Source: an uncultured Thiomicrospira sp.
Lineage (GTDB): Bacteria > Pseudomonadota > Gammaproteobacteria > CAKMZV01
Reading direction: 5' to 3'
Length of the DNA: 64,000 nt
Assembly (NCBI GenBank): GCA_965195345.1
Contig: OZ239628.1
Location: 576,001-640,000, forward strand
This document shows positions 62,807 through 64,000 of this stretch, one piece after another; positions within the stretch are counted from its first letter, which is position 1, and each line of letters begins with the position of its first letter. The notes beneath the pieces are model-generated. The model saw only the letters and a list, made by a program, of their open reading frames with translations, was not told where the DNA came from and did no database searches. The translations under genes were made by a program, and so were the position numbers.

Positions 62807-64000
62807 TCAATCTTGTTGCGCGCGTTTCAATGAAGAATCAAAGATTGAGTTTGAGTTTACCCAATTTTCCTTTCGTTTCTCTTTTCTCTCTTTTTCAACT
62901 CTGTCGAGCACTATCGAATTATTTGTGCTTTCGTTCATATTTTCACTGTTTGCAGATCCTATGCGTTCTTCTACGGATTGAACGATGGATTGGTCATGAC
63001 TAATGCCAGTCGCAATAACTGTTATTTGAAGCTTATCTCCCAGATTTTCATCGGGCATCAAACAAATTTTCACTAATCCACCCTGAACATAATTACTCAA
63101 AATACTATTAACTTTTGCAATTTCTTTTTTACCAAATCGTCCGCGCAAATTAATCAACATGCTTTTAGCGACATCAAACTTTTGTATATCAATCAAAGGA
63201 TTGTTTAAAGCATCCATTACGGCTTGCTCAACCCTTTCTTCTCCTCGCCCTCCAGATTCGCCAATTCCTATAATTGCGCGTCCACGATGTTTGCAGACCG
63301 CTTTGAGGTCATTAAAATCAGCATTGAACATTCCGTGATTAGCCAATACTTCGTATACGCCTGATATGGAGTTTACCAACACTTGATGAGCGCTGCTCAT
63401 TTGCGTATGAAAATCATCAGCATCAATATGCTCAAGGTTATCGTTGGGGATGACGATAAGTGCATCACTGTATTTTTGTAATTCATCAAGTCCGTGATTA
63501 GCTCGTTCAGTTTTACCTTCAAATTCATAAGGCATGTATACAACACTGAATACGAGAATATCAAGATCGTTTGCAAGTTTTGCTACAACGGGTGATGATC
63601 CTGTTCCAGTACCTCCTCCCATGGAGGTTGAAAGAAATACCATGTTGGAATCTTTGAGAAATTCGCTGATTTGTTCTTTCTGTTCTTCAGCGTACCTTCG
63701 CCCTAACTCAGGGTCTCCACCAGCACCGAGACCATTAGGACCTAATTTAATATGTTTTGTAGCTTGAGTACGTTCAAGTGTCTGACCGTCTGTGTTTACG
63801 GCAATTGTTTCAAGATAATCAACGCCTGACTCATGAAGGAAATTTAAAGCATTACAACCACCACCACCAATCCCAATCGCTTTTATGATTGTATTCATAC
63901 TGTTATAAGGAGAAATTATTTTTGTCTCTCCTGCTTCGCTATCACGATTGATATTAGTTATCGAAGAACTAAATGAAGGTGCTTTATATTCTGGGTTCAT
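62807..64000 (-). CDS. ftsZ: Cell division protein FtsZ (divergent; start at or beyond the window edge)
   Basis: GIGGGGCNA, NTD.Q.L, GLGAGGDPE.G, MGGGTGTG tubulin signature, IPND.L, N.DF.D T7 loop, TVIATG. Confidence 0.92.
   Translation of the reverse strand: MNPEYKAPSFSSSITNINRDSEAGETKIISPYNSMNTIIKAIGIGGGGCNALNFLHESGVDYLETIAVNTDGQTLERTQATKHIKLGPNGLGAGGDPELGRRYAEEQKEQISEFLKDSNMVFLSTSMGGGTGTGSSPVVAKLANDLDILVFSVVYMPYEFEGKTERANHGLDELQKYSDALIVIPNDNLEHIDADDFHTQMSSAHQVLVNSISGVYEVLANHGMFNADFNDLKAVCKHRGRAIIGIGESGGRGEERVEQAVMDALNNPLIDIQKFDVAKSMLINLRGRFGKKEIAKVNSILSNYVQGGLVKICLMPDENLGDKLQITVIATGISHDQSIVQSVEERIGSANSENMNESTNNSIVLDRVEKERKEKRKENWVNSNSIFDSSLKRAQQD

Noticed and set aside
250-63767. Many 60-170 aa ORFs overlapping or antisense to recognised genes
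   Set aside because: Shadow frames of well-supported genes with no motifs of their own

Overview
AT-rich, tightly packed chromosomal segment, most likely from a (marine?) gammaproteobacterium; the taxonomy is inferred from the Ffh, SucAB, RNase E, Uup and LptE/HolA sequences. It is mostly housekeeping and catabolic genes in a heavily shuffled order: glcDE, the upper mevalonate pathway (hmgR-idi2-mvaS), a TRAP transporter, ffh, ald/lrp, rne, sucABCD-lpd, prpBCD, dnaG, holA-lptE, murE-ftsI-ftsL and a divergent ftsZ. The most notable accessory element is a two-gene CBASS anti-phage locus (CdnE-type CD-NTase plus TIR-STING/Cap12) at 17461-19321. It has a shortened STING domain, a 24-bp x4 tandem repeat on the cyclase/effector junction, and lies between apparent decayed hsdM and hsdS fragments of a type I R-M system. 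Other candidates for new biology: a DAP-ammonia-lyase-like / M24 hydrolase / racemase trio, an ArgE-like amidohydrolase coupled to an uncharacterised flavoprotein, repeated leaderless-promoter architecture, a dgkA pseudogene and structured leaders upstream of sucA and rne. No tRNA, rRNA, CRISPR array or transposase was recognised. All family calls are from motif recognition by eye; no database search was run.
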